DNA of 64,000 nt from an uncultured bacterium (GCA_905216175.1 CAJMSV010000002.1:5725-69724); one strand, 5' to 3'; positions 1 through 10,744 are shown, counted from the stretch's first letter. The notes: a model not told the origin generated them from the sequence alone. Made by a program: numbers and translations.

Positions 1-536
1 TGCCCCAGCAAGTACTCGACCACTTGGCGTGAACAATCGAACTGATCGTTATCGACCGTCGAGCACAGCGGATGCTCCAGCATGGTAACGAGCACTGTCT
101 GCATACCGGGCAGCGGTTCAAAGGTTCCAAAGTCCGCCGGCATGCGGTTCATGATTACAACCATACCGTCCACTGGCAGTGCACTCATACGCGACGATGC
201 GCTCTCAAGGGTATAGGGGTGTCCGTCTACTTTAGTGAGGGTGATGGCATAGCCATGTTTGTCGGCCGCGGCGGCAAAGCCCTCCATACGGTCGAGGTTG
301 CCGGTACCGGTAATGTTGAACATGGCGACGCCGACGGTCTTAAACTTGCCGCGGCGCAGCGATCGACCGGCAAAATTGGGGCGATACCCCAGCTCGCGCA
401 TGGCGGCACGCACGCGTTCCTTGGTCTCGGGGCGCACGCTGGGCGAATCGTGCACGGTGCGCGAGACCGTCTGCTCCGAGACGCCCGCGAGGCGCGCTAC
501 GTCTTTGACGGATACCGATTTTTTAACAGCGGCCAT
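1..536 (-). CDS. LacI-family transcriptional regulator (module 1), 3' end runs off the window
   Basis: Not in the ORF track. Manual translation from ATG at 536 gives MAAVKKSVSVKDVARLAGVSEQTVSRTV...LGYRPNFAGRSLRRG, a LacI HTH plus hinge helix, paralogous to 4443-5471 and 9459-10460. Confidence 0.9.
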   Translation of the reverse strand, partial: MAAVKKSVSVKDVARLAGVSEQTVSRTVHDSPSVRPETKERVRAAMRELGYRPNFAGRSLRRGKFKTVGVAMFNITGTGNLDRMEGFAAAADKHGYAITLTKVDGHPYTLESASSRMSALPVDGMVVIMNRMPADFGTFEPLPGMQTVLVTMLEHPLCSTVDNDQFDCSRQVVEYLLG

Positions 537-550
537 AGGTCGATCTTTCT

Positions 551-831
551 ATGTCAACGATGCCATTGGTGGCACTTTGCGCATTCAAATCAAACGCCTT
601 CAAGTATATCCAACGCCTCCCCCACCATACGCTCACCACCCAAAACCTACCGTTCACCGACATTTTTGCCTCCCCGGACGGCTTTTGTCGACCAAATGTT
701 AACGTTGCCATTGCGCAAACACAGAGCCACCGGGCGGCTCAACCGTTTACGCGTAAGGAATCGACGGTTCGCAGGCACAGGAACCACCGGTTCGCGTCTT
801 TTTTTGTATCGCAAAATGGCAACGTCAACAT
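551..831. promoter_or_regulatory. Three LacI-type operator pseudo-palindromes for module 1
   Basis: ATGTCAACGATGCCAT (551-566), ATGTTAACGTTGCCAT (696-711), ATGGCAACGTCAACAT (816-831); central CG typical of LacI-family sites, in a divergent intergenic region. Confidence 0.7.
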
Positions 832-893
832 TTTGGCAACCGAACGCCAAAAACTACCATCGTTGCTAACCCACCGACTCTTAGGAGCATTGC

Positions 894-2669
894 ATGGAGC
901 AACTCATCGCCATCATCGAAAAGGGCCAGCCCTTTTTCAACGCGATCGCCCGCAACAAGTACCTCAAGGCGATCCGCGACGGCTTTATCTCCGTCATCCC
1001 CATCATCATCTTCTCGTCCATCTTTTGCCTGGTAGCCTCGGTCCCCAACATCTGGGGTTTCTACTGGCCCGATGACATCAACAACGCCCTGTGGAAGTGC
1101 TACAACTACTCCATGGGCATCCTGGCCATCGCCTGCGCCGCCACCACGGCCAAGCACTTCGCCGACGCCCAGAACCGCGATCTGCCCAAGAACAACCAGA
1201 TCAACTTCATCTCGTGCATGTGCGCGGCCATCATCGGCTTCTTGCTCCTTTCGAGCGACACCATCGCCACGGACGCCGCCAGCGGCTTCAACACGACCTA
1301 CCTTGGTTCCAAGGGCCTGCTGACCGCCTTTATCGCTGCGTTTGTGACCGGCATCATCTACAAGTTCTTCATTAAGCGCAACATCACCGTCAAGATGCCC
1401 GAGCAGGTTCCGCCCAACATCTCGCAGACCTTCAAGGACATCATCCCCTTCTCCGTCTGCATCACCGTCTTTTGGGTCTTTGACATCGTCTTCCGCGCTG
1501 CCTTTGGCTTCTGCTTTGCCCAGGGCGTTATCCAGGTGTTCCAGCCCCTGTTCACCGCTGCCGACGGCTACATCGGCCTCGCTGTGATCTACGGCGCCAT
1601 GAGCCTGTTCTGGTTCGTCGGCGTCCACGGCCCCTCGATCGTCGAGCCCGCCATCGCTGCCGCTCTCGTTGCCAATATGACCGACAACCTGGCCGCATTC
1701 CAGGCTGGCCAGCACGCTTCCGCTGTCCTGACCCAGGGTGCCCAGTACTTCGTCGTCTGCATGGGCGGCACCGGCGCCACACTCGTCCTGGTCTTTATGT
1801 TCTGCTTCCTGGCCAAGTCTCAGGAGATGCGCGCCGTCGGCAAGGCCGCCATTGTCCCCGTCTGCTTTGCCGTCAACGAGCCGCTGCTGTTCGCCGCGCC
1901 CATCGTGCTCAACCCCGTCTTCTTTGTCCCGTTTGTCTTTGCCCCGATCGCCAACATCTGGATCCTCAAGATCTTTATCGACTTCTTGGGCATGAACGGC
2001 TTTATGTACACCCTGCCCTGGACCGTCCCCGGCCCCATCGGCACCATCATGGGCCTGGGCTTCCAGCCGCTCGCCTTTGTGATGCTCGCCCTTATCCTGG
2101 TCGTCGACTTCGTTCTGTACTACCCGTTCTTCCGAGCCTATGACGCCCAGAAGTGCGCCGAGGAGGCCGAGATCTCCCAGGAGGAGCTTGCCGCCAAGAA
2201 CGCCGAGAAGGCCGCCAAGCTTAACGATGCCTTCCAGGGCAAGGCCGATGCCAAGAGCGTTGCCGCCGGCGCCGCCGCCGAGGCCGTAAAGGCCGACGCC
2301 CCCGCCGCCTCCGCAGCACCCGCTGCCGAGGCAACGACCGCCAGCGACCTCAACGGCAAGCGCGTGCTCGTGCTCTGCCAGGGCGGCGGTACCTCGGGCC
2401 TGCTCGCCAACGCGCTGGCCAAGGCCGCCAAGGAGCGCGGCATCAATCTTGAGACCGCTGCCGAGGCCTATGGCAACCACGTTGACATGCTCCCCGACTT
2501 TGACCTGGTCGTCCTGGCCCCGCAGGCCGCCAGCTACCTGGCCGACCTGCAGAAAGACTGCGAGCGCGTGGGCAACAAGTGCGTCGCCTGCCGCGGTAAG
2601 CAGTACATCGAGCTCTCCCAGAACGGCGACAAGTCTCTCGCCTTCGTGAGTGAACAGCTTTCGAAGTAA
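894..2669 (+). CDS. lacE: PTS lactose-family EIICB component
   Basis: Multi-TM EIIC with FWFVGVHG and VNEPLLF motifs, Ala-rich linker, EIIB with LCQGGGTS phosphorylation loop; AGGAG RBS. Confidence 0.9.
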   Translation: MEQLIAIIEKGQPFFNAIARNKYLKAIRDGFISVIPIIIFSSIFCLVASVPNIWGFYWPDDINNALWKCYNYSMGILAIACAATTAKHFADAQNRDLPKNNQINFISCMCAAIIGFLLLSSDTIATDAASGFNTTYLGSKGLLTAFIAAFVTGIIYKFFIKRNITVKMPEQVPPNISQTFKDIIPFSVCITVFWVFDIVFRAAFGFCFAQGVIQVFQPLFTAADGYIGLAVIYGAMSLFWFVGVHGPSIVEPAIAAALVANMTDNLAAFQAGQHASAVLTQGAQYFVVCMGGTGATLVLVFMFCFLAKSQEMRAVGKAAIVPVCFAVNEPLLFAAPIVLNPVFFVPFVFAPIANIWILKIFIDFLGMNGFMYTLPWTVPGPIGTIMGLGFQPLAFVMLALILVVDFVLYYPFFRAYDAQKCAEEAEISQEELAAKNAEKAAKLNDAFQGKADAKSVAAGAAAEAVKADAPAASAAPAAEATTASDLNGKRVLVLCQGGGTSGLLANALAKAAKERGINLETAAEAYGNHVDMLPDFDLVVLAPQAASYLADLQKDCERVGNKCVACRGKQYIELSQNGDKSLAFVSEQLSK

Positions 2670-2735
2670 GTAACGCTTAGGGCCAGCCGACCATCCAAGA
2701 CCGGCTGGCCCTTCGATTTAGACGATTGGATCATC

Positions 2736-4175
2736 ATGTCCGTTAACCCTGCTAGCGTCACCAACCCGCCTGCGCAGTTTCCCGAGGACTTTGTCTTTGG
2801 CGGTGCTACCGCTGCCTACCAGGTAGAGGGTGAGACCCGCACTCACGGTAAGGGCAAGGTTGCCTGGGACGACTTCCTGGAGGCCCAGGGGCGCTTTTCC
2901 CCCGATCCCGCTTCGGACTTCTACAACCAGTACCCCGTCGATTTGGAGCTGTGCGAGGAGTTTGGCATCAACGGCATTCGCCTCTCCATCGCCTGGAGCC
3001 GCATCTTCCCCAACGGTATCGGTGAGATTAACCCCGAGGGTGTCCAGTTCTATCACGATCTCTTCGCCGAATGCCACAAGCACCACGTTGAGCCGTTTGT
3101 CACGCTGCATCACTTCGATACGCCGCTTCCCCTCTTTGAGAAGGGCGACTTCCTCAACCGCGAGACCATCGACGCCTTTGTGGACTTTGCCACCTTCTGC
3201 TTTAAGGAGTACGCCGACCAGGTGACCTACTGGTTCACCTTTAACGAGATCTGGGCCGACGCCTCCAACACCTACATCGAGGGCACCTTCCCCGGTGGCG
3301 TCAAGGCGCATCTGGCCGAGGCCTTCCAGTGCGAGCACAACATGATGCTCGCCCACGCCAAGGCCGTGCTGGCCTTCCACAACGGCGGCTTTAAGGGCAA
3401 GATCGGCGTCATTCAGTCGCTGGAGTTTAAGTATCCGCTCAACGAGAACGACCCCGCCGATATCAAGGCCGCCAACAACGAGCACGTGCTGCAAAACCAG
3501 TTCTTGCTCGACGCCACCTTCCGCGGCGACTACGCGCCCGACACCCTCGAGTGCGCCAACCGCCTGGCTGCCGTCTCGGGCGGCACCATCGAGATCCTAG
3601 ACGAGGACCTCGAGATTATGCGCGAGGCCGCACTCTACAACGACTACCTGGGCGTTAACAACTACCAGTGCCGTTTCTTGAAGGCTTACGACGGCGAGAA
3701 CGACCTGCACCACAACGGTACGGGCGAGAAGGGCACCGGCCGCTGGCGCGTTAAGGGCATTGGCGAGCATGTGAACAAGCCTGGCATCCCCACCACCGAC
3801 TGGGACTGGATCATCTATCCCGAGGGCCTGTTCGATCTGCTCGTCTACATTAAGCAGCGCTATCCCAACTACAAGCAGATCTTCATTACCGAAAACGGCA
3901 TGGGCTACAAGGACCCCTACAAGGACGGTTTTGTGGACGACCAGCCGCGCATCGACTATATCGAGCAGCACCTGCGCTGGTTGCTCAAGGCCATGGAGGT
4001 GGGCGTCAACGTGGGTGGCTACTTCCTGTGGAGCCTGCAGGATCAGTTCTCCTGGACCAATGGCTACAACAAGCGTTACGGCTTCTTTTACGTTGACTTT
4101 GAAACCCAGAAGCGCACGCCCAAGGCAAGCGCCTACTGGTACAAGCACGTGGCGCAGACCCGTCGTCTGGACTAG
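2736..4175 (+). CDS. lacG: 6-phospho-beta-galactosidase (GH1)
   Basis: FGGATAAYQ, TFNEI acid/base, ITENG nucleophile, QFSWTNGYNKRYG phosphate-binding region. Confidence 0.88.
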   Translation: MSVNPASVTNPPAQFPEDFVFGGATAAYQVEGETRTHGKGKVAWDDFLEAQGRFSPDPASDFYNQYPVDLELCEEFGINGIRLSIAWSRIFPNGIGEINPEGVQFYHDLFAECHKHHVEPFVTLHHFDTPLPLFEKGDFLNRETIDAFVDFATFCFKEYADQVTYWFTFNEIWADASNTYIEGTFPGGVKAHLAEAFQCEHNMMLAHAKAVLAFHNGGFKGKIGVIQSLEFKYPLNENDPADIKAANNEHVLQNQFLLDATFRGDYAPDTLECANRLAAVSGGTIEILDEDLEIMREAALYNDYLGVNNYQCRFLKAYDGENDLHHNGTGEKGTGRWRVKGIGEHVNKPGIPTTDWDWIIYPEGLFDLLVYIKQRYPNYKQIFITENGMGYKDPYKDGFVDDQPRIDYIEQHLRWLLKAMEVGVNVGGYFLWSLQDQFSWTNGYNKRYGFFYVDFETQKRTPKASAYWYKHVAQTRRLD

Positions 4176-4221
4176 TGGCTGGCGGGGTTGCCCGCTCACA
4201 CAACCTGTCCCCATTTCTCAG

Positions 4222-4270
4222 CCGGGGGCGGCACGTCACACGGCGCGCCGCCCCCGGTCTTTTTGTTTTT
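4222..4270 (+). terminator. Intrinsic terminator after lacG1
   Basis: CCGGGGGCGGC...GCCGCCCCCGG stem followed by a T-tract. Confidence 0.8.
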
Positions 4271-4286
4271 GGGCTGGTCGGGAGCC

Positions 4287-4434
4287 GTTTGTCTCGATCT
4301 GTAACATCTAGCCGAGTTTTTTGGTCCTAGCTGTTACAGATTGAGACGAACAGGATTGCTCTTTCCGAAGAATCTAAATCTGTAACACGTAGCCCGCTTT
4401 TGACCGTCTACCTGTTACAAATCGAGACAAACGG
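4287..4434. repeat. Palindromic repeat array 1 (2 units)
   Basis: Units at 4287-4351 and about 4371-4434 with core TCTCGATCTGTAACA-N-TGTTACAGATYGAGA. Confidence 0.9.
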
Positions 4435-4442
4435 AGTAGGAC

Positions 4443-5471
4443 CTAACCCCGTATGTCCCTAACAGTCGAGCGTTCGACCAGCGTACTCGGCACATGAATC
4501 GCCTCGATAGACGAGCTCTCTCCAATCGCCGCCTCAAACGCAAGCTTACCGACACCGCGCAAATCAAATCGCAGCGTCGTCAGTCGATTGTGAGGAACAA
4601 GTCCCTCGAGTGCGTCGTCGATACCAACCACGCTCACGTCGTCGGGCACGGACAGGCCCGCGTTCTCGAGCGCGGCGATAACGCCCAGCGCCATCTGGTC
4701 ATTTGCCGCAAGCACGGCAGTCGGCGCCTGCGACCCGCCGGCAAGCACCTCGGCCGCAATCCGCTCGCCCATGGCGTACCCACTGTCCGCACTCCAATCG
4801 CCACGCAGCATCGGAGCGGCATCGACATGAGCACGACCCAGCGTATCGCGCCAACCGGCCTCACGAAAACGCGAGGAAATCGAGTTTTCCGGACCCGCCA
4901 CAAACCGCATATTCGAGTGACCATGTTCCAGCAGATAATTGGTCAACAGCTCGCACGAACCATACTGGTCGGAGTCGATCGTCGTGCAGCGCGGATGCGC
5001 ATACATGGACAGGATGACCGTTCGCACTCCCGGCTGGGGAACAAACTCCTCAAAATCGGGAGCCATGCGGTTCATGTTGAGAATCATGCCGTCGACGGGT
5101 CGCTCGACCATGCGGCGCGAGGCATCGGCAAGTGTATAGGGCTTGTCGCCGCCCATCTCGATCATAGTGACGGCAAAATCGTGCTCGCGCGCCGCTTGCA
5201 TGATACCCTCGAGCGTCGCCAGGTTACCGACACGTGTGATGTTGTACATGCACAGGCCAATAGAACGATACGACCCGCCGCGCAACGCCGCTCCAGCAAA
5301 ATTGGGACGAAAGCCCAGCTCTTCCATGGCGGCCAGCACACGCTTGCGCGTCTTTTCCGTCACGTTGGGCATACCGTTGACCACGCGAGACACAGTCTGG
5401 CGGCTCACGCCAGCGAGCGCCGCAACCTCTGCCGCGCTCGCCGAACGACCATTCCTTGTCTGCTGATCCAT
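4443..5471 (-). CDS. LacI-family transcriptional regulator (module 2)
   Basis: EVAALAGVSRQTVSRVVN HTH and a sugar-binding domain; start taken at MDQQ (5471). Confidence 0.9.
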   Translation of the reverse strand: MDQQTRNGRSASAAEVAALAGVSRQTVSRVVNGMPNVTEKTRKRVLAAMEELGFRPNFAGAALRGGSYRSIGLCMYNITRVGNLATLEGIMQAAREHDFAVTMIEMGGDKPYTLADASRRMVERPVDGMILNMNRMAPDFEEFVPQPGVRTVILSMYAHPRCTTIDSDQYGSCELLTNYLLEHGHSNMRFVAGPENSISSRFREAGWRDTLGRAHVDAAPMLRGDWSADSGYAMGERIAAEVLAGGSQAPTAVLAANDQMALGVIAALENAGLSVPDDVSVVGIDDALEGLVPHNRLTTLRFDLRGVGKLAFEAAIGESSSIEAIHVPSTLVERSTVRDIRG

Positions 5472-5531
5472 GCCTTCCACGCTAACCTGCTTCCCAACTA
5501 TTCCCCGCGCCCATGGCGCATCGTACATACA

Positions 5532-5701
5532 TTGATAACGTGCTCATGATACCCGAGCCATATACCACAACATGAAAACTTCTGTCAATCAAAACCGCTT
5601 ACCGAACAAATACAACCGTTCGCGGCTGTTTGAAGTTGTTTTGTTTCTATACATCCCAGCCGGATGTTAACGTGATCATTGTCAAATATTCACGTGCTCA
5701 T
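5532..5701. promoter_or_regulatory. Three LacI-type operators for module 2
   Basis: TTGATAACGTGCTCAT (5532-5547), ATGTTAACGTGATCAT (5664-5679), ATATTCACGTGCTCAT (5686-5701). Confidence 0.65.
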
Positions 5702-5815
5702 TTTGGTTCTAATCATTTTAAGATAGTGTTTATCGGGCTTTTTCACCGCTGAACGCTAACCAGGGAGCCTCCTGAGCGCAAACGCACAATATCGAACAGC
5801 GAGACGAGAGGGTGT

Positions 5816-7264
5816 ATGCATATGTCTTTGCTAAACCGCGTACAGCAGCTGCCGAAGGGCTTTGTTTGGGGCGCCGCAACCGCCGCGTACCAAACGGAAG
5901 GTTCCACGAAGGTGGCAGGCAAGGGTAAGACCATGTGGGACGATTACCTTGTCGCCCAGGGTCGCTTTTTGCCCGACCCGGCCAGTGATTTCTACAACCG
6001 CTACGAGGAGGATATCCGCCTTTCTGCCGAGCATGGACTCAACGCCATTCGTGTGTCCATCGCCTGGACCCGCATCTTCCCCAACGGCGACGATGCCGAA
6101 CCCCTCGCCGAGGGCGTTAAGCACTACCACGAGCTGTTCGCCTGCTGCAAAAAGTATGGCGTCGAGCCCTATGTGTCCCTGCATCACTTTGACTCCCCCG
6201 CCGCCCTGTTCAACCAGGGCGACTGGCTCAACCGCAAGACCGTCGACGCCTATGTGCGCTATGCCGAGTTCTGCTTCCGCGAGTTCCGCGAGGTCAAGAA
6301 TTGGTTCACCATCAACGAGCTCATCAGCCTCTCGCACTCCCAATACATCCAAGGCAACTTCCCGCCCAACCATCACTTTGATGTGACGAGCGGCATCCAG
6401 AGCCAGCACAACGAGCTCGTTGCCCACGCCCGCGCCGTCAACCTGTATAAGGATCTTGACGAGACCGAGCACCTGGGCGGACGCATTGGCATGGTCAACG
6501 TCCTGACGCCGGCATATCCTGCCACCGACTCGCCCGCCGACCAGCACGCCGCCGACCTGTACAACGCCTTCTACACCGACTTCATCATGGACGGCGCCTT
6601 CCTGGGTCACTACTCCGCGCGCACCCTCTCACTCATCAACGAGATTCTGCGTGCCAACAACGCCACACTTACGGTTGAGGACAGCGACATGGAGGAGCTC
6701 GCCAAGGCGGCGCCCCGCAACGATATGTTCGGCCTCAACTACTATCAGTCGGCGTTTATCGCCGCCTACGATGGCGAGTCAACCAACAGCTTTAACGGCA
6801 CCGGAGACAAGGGCACCTCGTGCTTTAAGTTTAAGGGCGTCGGGCAGCAGGTCGATATGCCGGGTATCCCCACCACCGACTGGGATTGGCTCATCTACCC
6901 GCAAGGCCTCTACGACACGCTCAAGCACATCAGCGCCACCTATCCCAACCTCCCCGTCATCTATATCACCGAAAACGGCCTGGGCCACAAGGACCCCGAG
7001 CCCGACGCAAACGGCATCGTCGCCGATCCCGAGCGCATCGACTTTGTCGACCAGCACATGGAGAAGGTGCTCCAGGCGCGCGCCGAGGGCGTCGACGTCC
7101 AGGGCTACTTTATCTGGAGCCTGCAGGACCAGTTCTCGTGGGCCAATGGCTATAACAAGCGCTACGGCCTGTTCTACATCGACTTCGACACGCAAAAACG
7201 CTACATCAAGCAGTCGGCACTCTGGTACAAGGAGCTCGCCGACACTATGGCGGACGCGCAGTAG
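5816..7264 (+). CDS. lacG: 6-phospho-beta-galactosidase (GH1), paralogue 2
   Basis: WGAATAAYQ, TINEL, ITENG and QFSWANGYNKRYG motifs; start may be 5822. Confidence 0.85.
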   Translation: MHMSLLNRVQQLPKGFVWGAATAAYQTEGSTKVAGKGKTMWDDYLVAQGRFLPDPASDFYNRYEEDIRLSAEHGLNAIRVSIAWTRIFPNGDDAEPLAEGVKHYHELFACCKKYGVEPYVSLHHFDSPAALFNQGDWLNRKTVDAYVRYAEFCFREFREVKNWFTINELISLSHSQYIQGNFPPNHHFDVTSGIQSQHNELVAHARAVNLYKDLDETEHLGGRIGMVNVLTPAYPATDSPADQHAADLYNAFYTDFIMDGAFLGHYSARTLSLINEILRANNATLTVEDSDMEELAKAAPRNDMFGLNYYQSAFIAAYDGESTNSFNGTGDKGTSCFKFKGVGQQVDMPGIPTTDWDWLIYPQGLYDTLKHISATYPNLPVIYITENGLGHKDPEPDANGIVADPERIDFVDQHMEKVLQARAEGVDVQGYFIWSLQDQFSWANGYNKRYGLFYIDFDTQKRYIKQSALWYKELADTMADAQ

Positions 7265-7440
7265 CGCATCGCCTCGCTTTCCCCCGAGAGGGGAGCGGCC
7301 CTATGCGATACAAACCCAGCCGCTCCCCTCTCTCCCCCTGGGACCGACCCCGCCTGCACCCGGGCTTTTAGCAAGCGGGAGACCATATAGGTTTTCAACG
7401 TCCATGCCATTAAGATTTCATGCAAATAGGAGCGTGAACT

Positions 7441-9201
7441 ATGGAATCGATCGTTAAGTTCTTGGAGAAAGGTCAGCCGTACTTCGATAAGGTCTCTAAG
7501 AACATCTACCTTCAGGCCATTAAAGACGGCTTTTTGGCAGCAATGCCCATCATCCTGTCTTCTTCTGTCTTCCTGCTTATTTCGACCCTGCCGGGCGTTG
7601 TCGCCACGGTCGGCGGCTTTACGCTGCCCGACTGGTGGAACGTCGACGTCGTGAACTTCTGCAACAAGGTTTACAACTTCACGATGGGCGTCGTGGGCAT
7701 CATGGTCGCCGGCACCACCGCAAGCGCGCTGACCGGCTCCAAGAACCGCCGCATGCCTGCCGGCAAGGCCATCAACGCCACGCGCACCATGGTCGCCGCC
7801 ATGTGCGCTATGCTCATCTTGGCCGTTACCCAGACGAGTGCCAAGATCGACGGCGCCGATGTCTCGGTGTTCTTTACCGACAACATGGGCACCAAGGGCC
7901 TACTGAGCTCCTTTGTCGCCGCATTTGCCACGGTCAACATCTATGCCTTCTGCATTAAGCGAGACATCACCATCAAGCTGCCCAAAGAAGTCCCCGGCGC
8001 CATCGCCCAGAACTTCCGCGACATCTTCGCCTTCAGCTTCTCCATCCTGTTTGTCGCCGTCATCGACGTTATCTGCCGCACCTGCTTGGCCGTCCCGTTT
8101 GCCAACGTCATCTCCACGCTGGTGAGCCCGCTGTTCGCCGCTGCCGATTCCTACGCCGGCCTCGCCCTCATCTGGTTCATGATCCCGCTGTTCTGGTTCA
8201 TGGGCATCCACGGCCCCTCGGTCGTTAAGCCTGCCCTCAACGCCGCGCTGTTTGGCAACATCACCACCAACCTCGCCACGCTGCAGGCCGGCGGTCACCC
8301 CGCCCTCGCCCTGACCGAGAACTTCGGTAACTACATCGGCGAACTCGGCGGCACCGGCGCCACGTTCATTGTCCCGATCATCTTCCTGCTCTTTATGCGC
8401 TCCAAGCAGCTCAAGGCCGTCGGCAAAGCCTCTGTCGTACCCGTGATGTTCGCCGTCAACGAGCCGCTGCTGTTCGCCGCGCCCATCATCCTCAACCCGT
8501 ACTTCCTGATCCCGTTCCTGTTTGCCCCCGTGGCCAACGTCCTCATTGGTAAGTTCTTCATCGACTTTTTGGGCATGAACGGCTTTATCTATGCCATGCC
8601 GTGGGCACTCCCCGGACCGATCGGCACCTTCATCGACACCAACTTCCAGCCGATCTCTCTGGTCCTGGTTGTCGTCCTGCTGGTCGTTGACTTCTTAATC
8701 TACTACCCGTTCTGCAAGGCCTACGACAACGTCCTGTGCAAGCAGGAGGCCGAGACCCTGGCCGAAGAAGAGGCCGAGGAGACCAAGGCCGTCAAGACCG
8801 CTGCCGCCCCCGCCGTTGAGGCTCCTGTTGTCGAGACCGCTTCTGCCACTGAGGCCTCCGCAGCTCCGTCCGCCCTTAAGGGCAAGGATCTGAGGGTTCT
8901 GGTTCTGTGCGCTGGCGCCGGCACCTCTGCACTGCTCGCCAACGCGCTTAAGGAAGGCGCCGACGAGCTGGGCATCGACATTACCGCCAACGCCGGTGCC
9001 TACGGCAGCCACTACGCCATCATGGACCAGTACAACGTCATCGTCCTGGCTCCGCAGGTTCGCACCTATTACAACGAGATGAAGGCCGACACCGACCGCC
9101 TGGGCATCACGCTGCTGTCGCCCAAGGGCAAACAGTACATCGACCTCACTAAGGATCCCAAGGGTGCCGTCGCCTGGATCGAGGAAAACCTCGAGGCATA
9201 A
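7441..9201 (+). CDS. lacE: PTS lactose-family EIICB, paralogue 2
   Basis: FWFMGIHG, VNEPLLF and EIIB LCAGAGTS motifs; AGGAG RBS. Confidence 0.88.
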   Translation: MESIVKFLEKGQPYFDKVSKNIYLQAIKDGFLAAMPIILSSSVFLLISTLPGVVATVGGFTLPDWWNVDVVNFCNKVYNFTMGVVGIMVAGTTASALTGSKNRRMPAGKAINATRTMVAAMCAMLILAVTQTSAKIDGADVSVFFTDNMGTKGLLSSFVAAFATVNIYAFCIKRDITIKLPKEVPGAIAQNFRDIFAFSFSILFVAVIDVICRTCLAVPFANVISTLVSPLFAAADSYAGLALIWFMIPLFWFMGIHGPSVVKPALNAALFGNITTNLATLQAGGHPALALTENFGNYIGELGGTGATFIVPIIFLLFMRSKQLKAVGKASVVPVMFAVNEPLLFAAPIILNPYFLIPFLFAPVANVLIGKFFIDFLGMNGFIYAMPWALPGPIGTFIDTNFQPISLVLVVVLLVVDFLIYYPFCKAYDNVLCKQEAETLAEEEAEETKAVKTAAAPAVEAPVVETASATEASAAPSALKGKDLRVLVLCAGAGTSALLANALKEGADELGIDITANAGAYGSHYAIMDQYNVIVLAPQVRTYYNEMKADTDRLGITLLSPKGKQYIDLTKDPKGAVAWIEENLEA

Positions 9202-9234
9202 GACGCTGACACCACCTGCCGCTTGCAGACAATA

Positions 9235-9277
9235 AATGGCCCGTGCATCGATGTGTGATGCGCGGGCCATTTTGTTT
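9235..9277 (+). terminator. Intrinsic terminator after lacE2
   Basis: AAATGGCCCG...CGGGCCATTT stem plus T-tract. Confidence 0.75.
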
Positions 9278-9296
9278 AGACCGCACCCGTCCTCCT

Positions 9297-9442
9297 GTTC
9301 ATCTCAATCTGTAACATCTAGCCGAGTTTTTCGGTCCTAGCTGTTACAGATCGAGATGAACGCACAGGCCAAGCCGAAAATCTCAATCTGTAACATGTAG
9401 ACCACTTTTGACCGTCTAGTTGTTACAGATCGAGACAAACGG
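9297..9442. repeat. Palindromic repeat array 2 (2 units)
   Basis: Units at 9297-9361 and 9380-9442, same core as array 1. Confidence 0.9.
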
Positions 9443-9458
9443 AATAGGCCGAGCACGT

Positions 9459-10460
9459 CTACGCCCGCAAGTCCTTTACGCTGGAACGCTCGACCAACAC
9501 GCCCGAGACGAGCGTACGGCTTCTGGAGCTCGGAGCTTCCAGACCCGCGACGACCTCGTTGAGCGCACGGACGCCCAGCTCGCGGTGGCGAAACTTCACC
9601 GACGTCAGAATCGAGTTGGGAATCGTCTTATAGAGCTCATCGTCGAAGCCGATCACGGACACATCATTGGGCACACTGAGCCCTTTGTCACGTAGAGCCA
9701 TCATCACGCCGTTTGCCATGCAGTCGTTAGCAGCGAGGACCGCCGTGCAATCGGGCTTATCGGCAAGCACAAGGCCCGCGGCATAGCCACTATCCGCATT
9801 CCAATCGCCTTGCAGAGGCTCGGGCGGCTCAATGCCACGCGCCTCGAGTGCCGCACGCCAACCTTTCATACGGCACTGGCTCGACAACGACTCTTTCTTA
9901 CCAGAGACGAAGTACACGTTTTTATGCCCGTGGTTCAAGAAGTACTCGCACGCCATGCGCGCGCCGCCCTCTTGGTCGTCACTGACGGTGGAGCAGGTAG
10001 GATGTTCCATCGGTGTGATAATCACCGTCTTGAGGTCTTTCGGTGCCTCAAAAGTATCAAAGTCATCGACCATCTGACGCAGGTTGAAGATCATGCCATC
10101 AACAGGCAGCTGCGACATCCTACGCGCCGCTTCGGCAAGGGTCATCTTCTCCCCCGCCCGCTTTTTGATCATCGTGAGCGCAAAGCCGCGTTCTTCGGCG
10201 GCATCTGCGATACCGTCAATCATGTCCACGGCACCGCCCGACAAGTGGAACAGCACCACGCCAATGCACCCGTAACGGCCCAACTTGAGCGAACGCGCGG
10301 CAAAGTTGGTTCGAAACCCGAGCGCCTCCATTGCGGAATGAACCTTATCGCGTGTCGACTCTCGCACGCTATCGGGCTCGTTGATCACACGCGAAACCGT
10401 CTTGAGAGAAACACCCGCAGCAATCGCCACATCGTTCATTGAGACATTTTTCTTGTCCAT
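9459..10460 (-). CDS. LacI-family transcriptional regulator (module 3)
   Basis: MNDVAIAAGVSLKTVSRVIN HTH; start taken at MDKK (10460). Confidence 0.9.
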   Translation of the reverse strand: MDKKNVSMNDVAIAAGVSLKTVSRVINEPDSVRESTRDKVHSAMEALGFRTNFAARSLKLGRYGCIGVVLFHLSGGAVDMIDGIADAAEERGFALTMIKKRAGEKMTLAEAARRMSQLPVDGMIFNLRQMVDDFDTFEAPKDLKTVIITPMEHPTCSTVSDDQEGGARMACEYFLNHGHKNVYFVSGKKESLSSQCRMKGWRAALEARGIEPPEPLQGDWNADSGYAAGLVLADKPDCTAVLAANDCMANGVMMALRDKGLSVPNDVSVIGFDDELYKTIPNSILTSVKFRHRELGVRALNEVVAGLEAPSSRSRTLVSGVLVERSSVKDLRA

Positions 10461-10600
10461 CGTTGCCACTACTTCTCCAGTCGGTTTTGCATCGCTTGCT
10501 TTTTGCGTTCTAGCATACACTACCTGCCCGACTGACAAATCAACCGTTTACCGGACAATATCGACCGCTCACCCGTATATCCTTGTTGCTCTTCCAAAAA

Positions 10601-10643
10601 TGTCTTACGTTGTCATTAACGAAATGACAACGTTGTCATTTCG
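10601..10643. promoter_or_regulatory. LacI-type operators for module 3
   Basis: Perfect 24-bp palindrome CGAAATGACAACGTTGTCATTTCG (10620-10643) and imperfect copy TGTCTTACGTTGTCAT (10601-10616). Confidence 0.75.
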
Positions 10644-10744
10644 CAATGCCTTCCTTAAGCAGGAAGGTTTCCGGGCAGTCCTGACCATCCATCGACGACC
10701 AGTTCCATCCACATGCATCGCGCATCAAGTAGCAAAGGAGCTCT

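Noticed and set aside
7286..7332. Hairpin between lacG2 and lacE2 as an antiterminator (RAT) or riboswitch
   Set aside because: Simple GC stem without a U-tract or recognisable RAT sequence, and no BglG/LacT antiterminator gene in the window.
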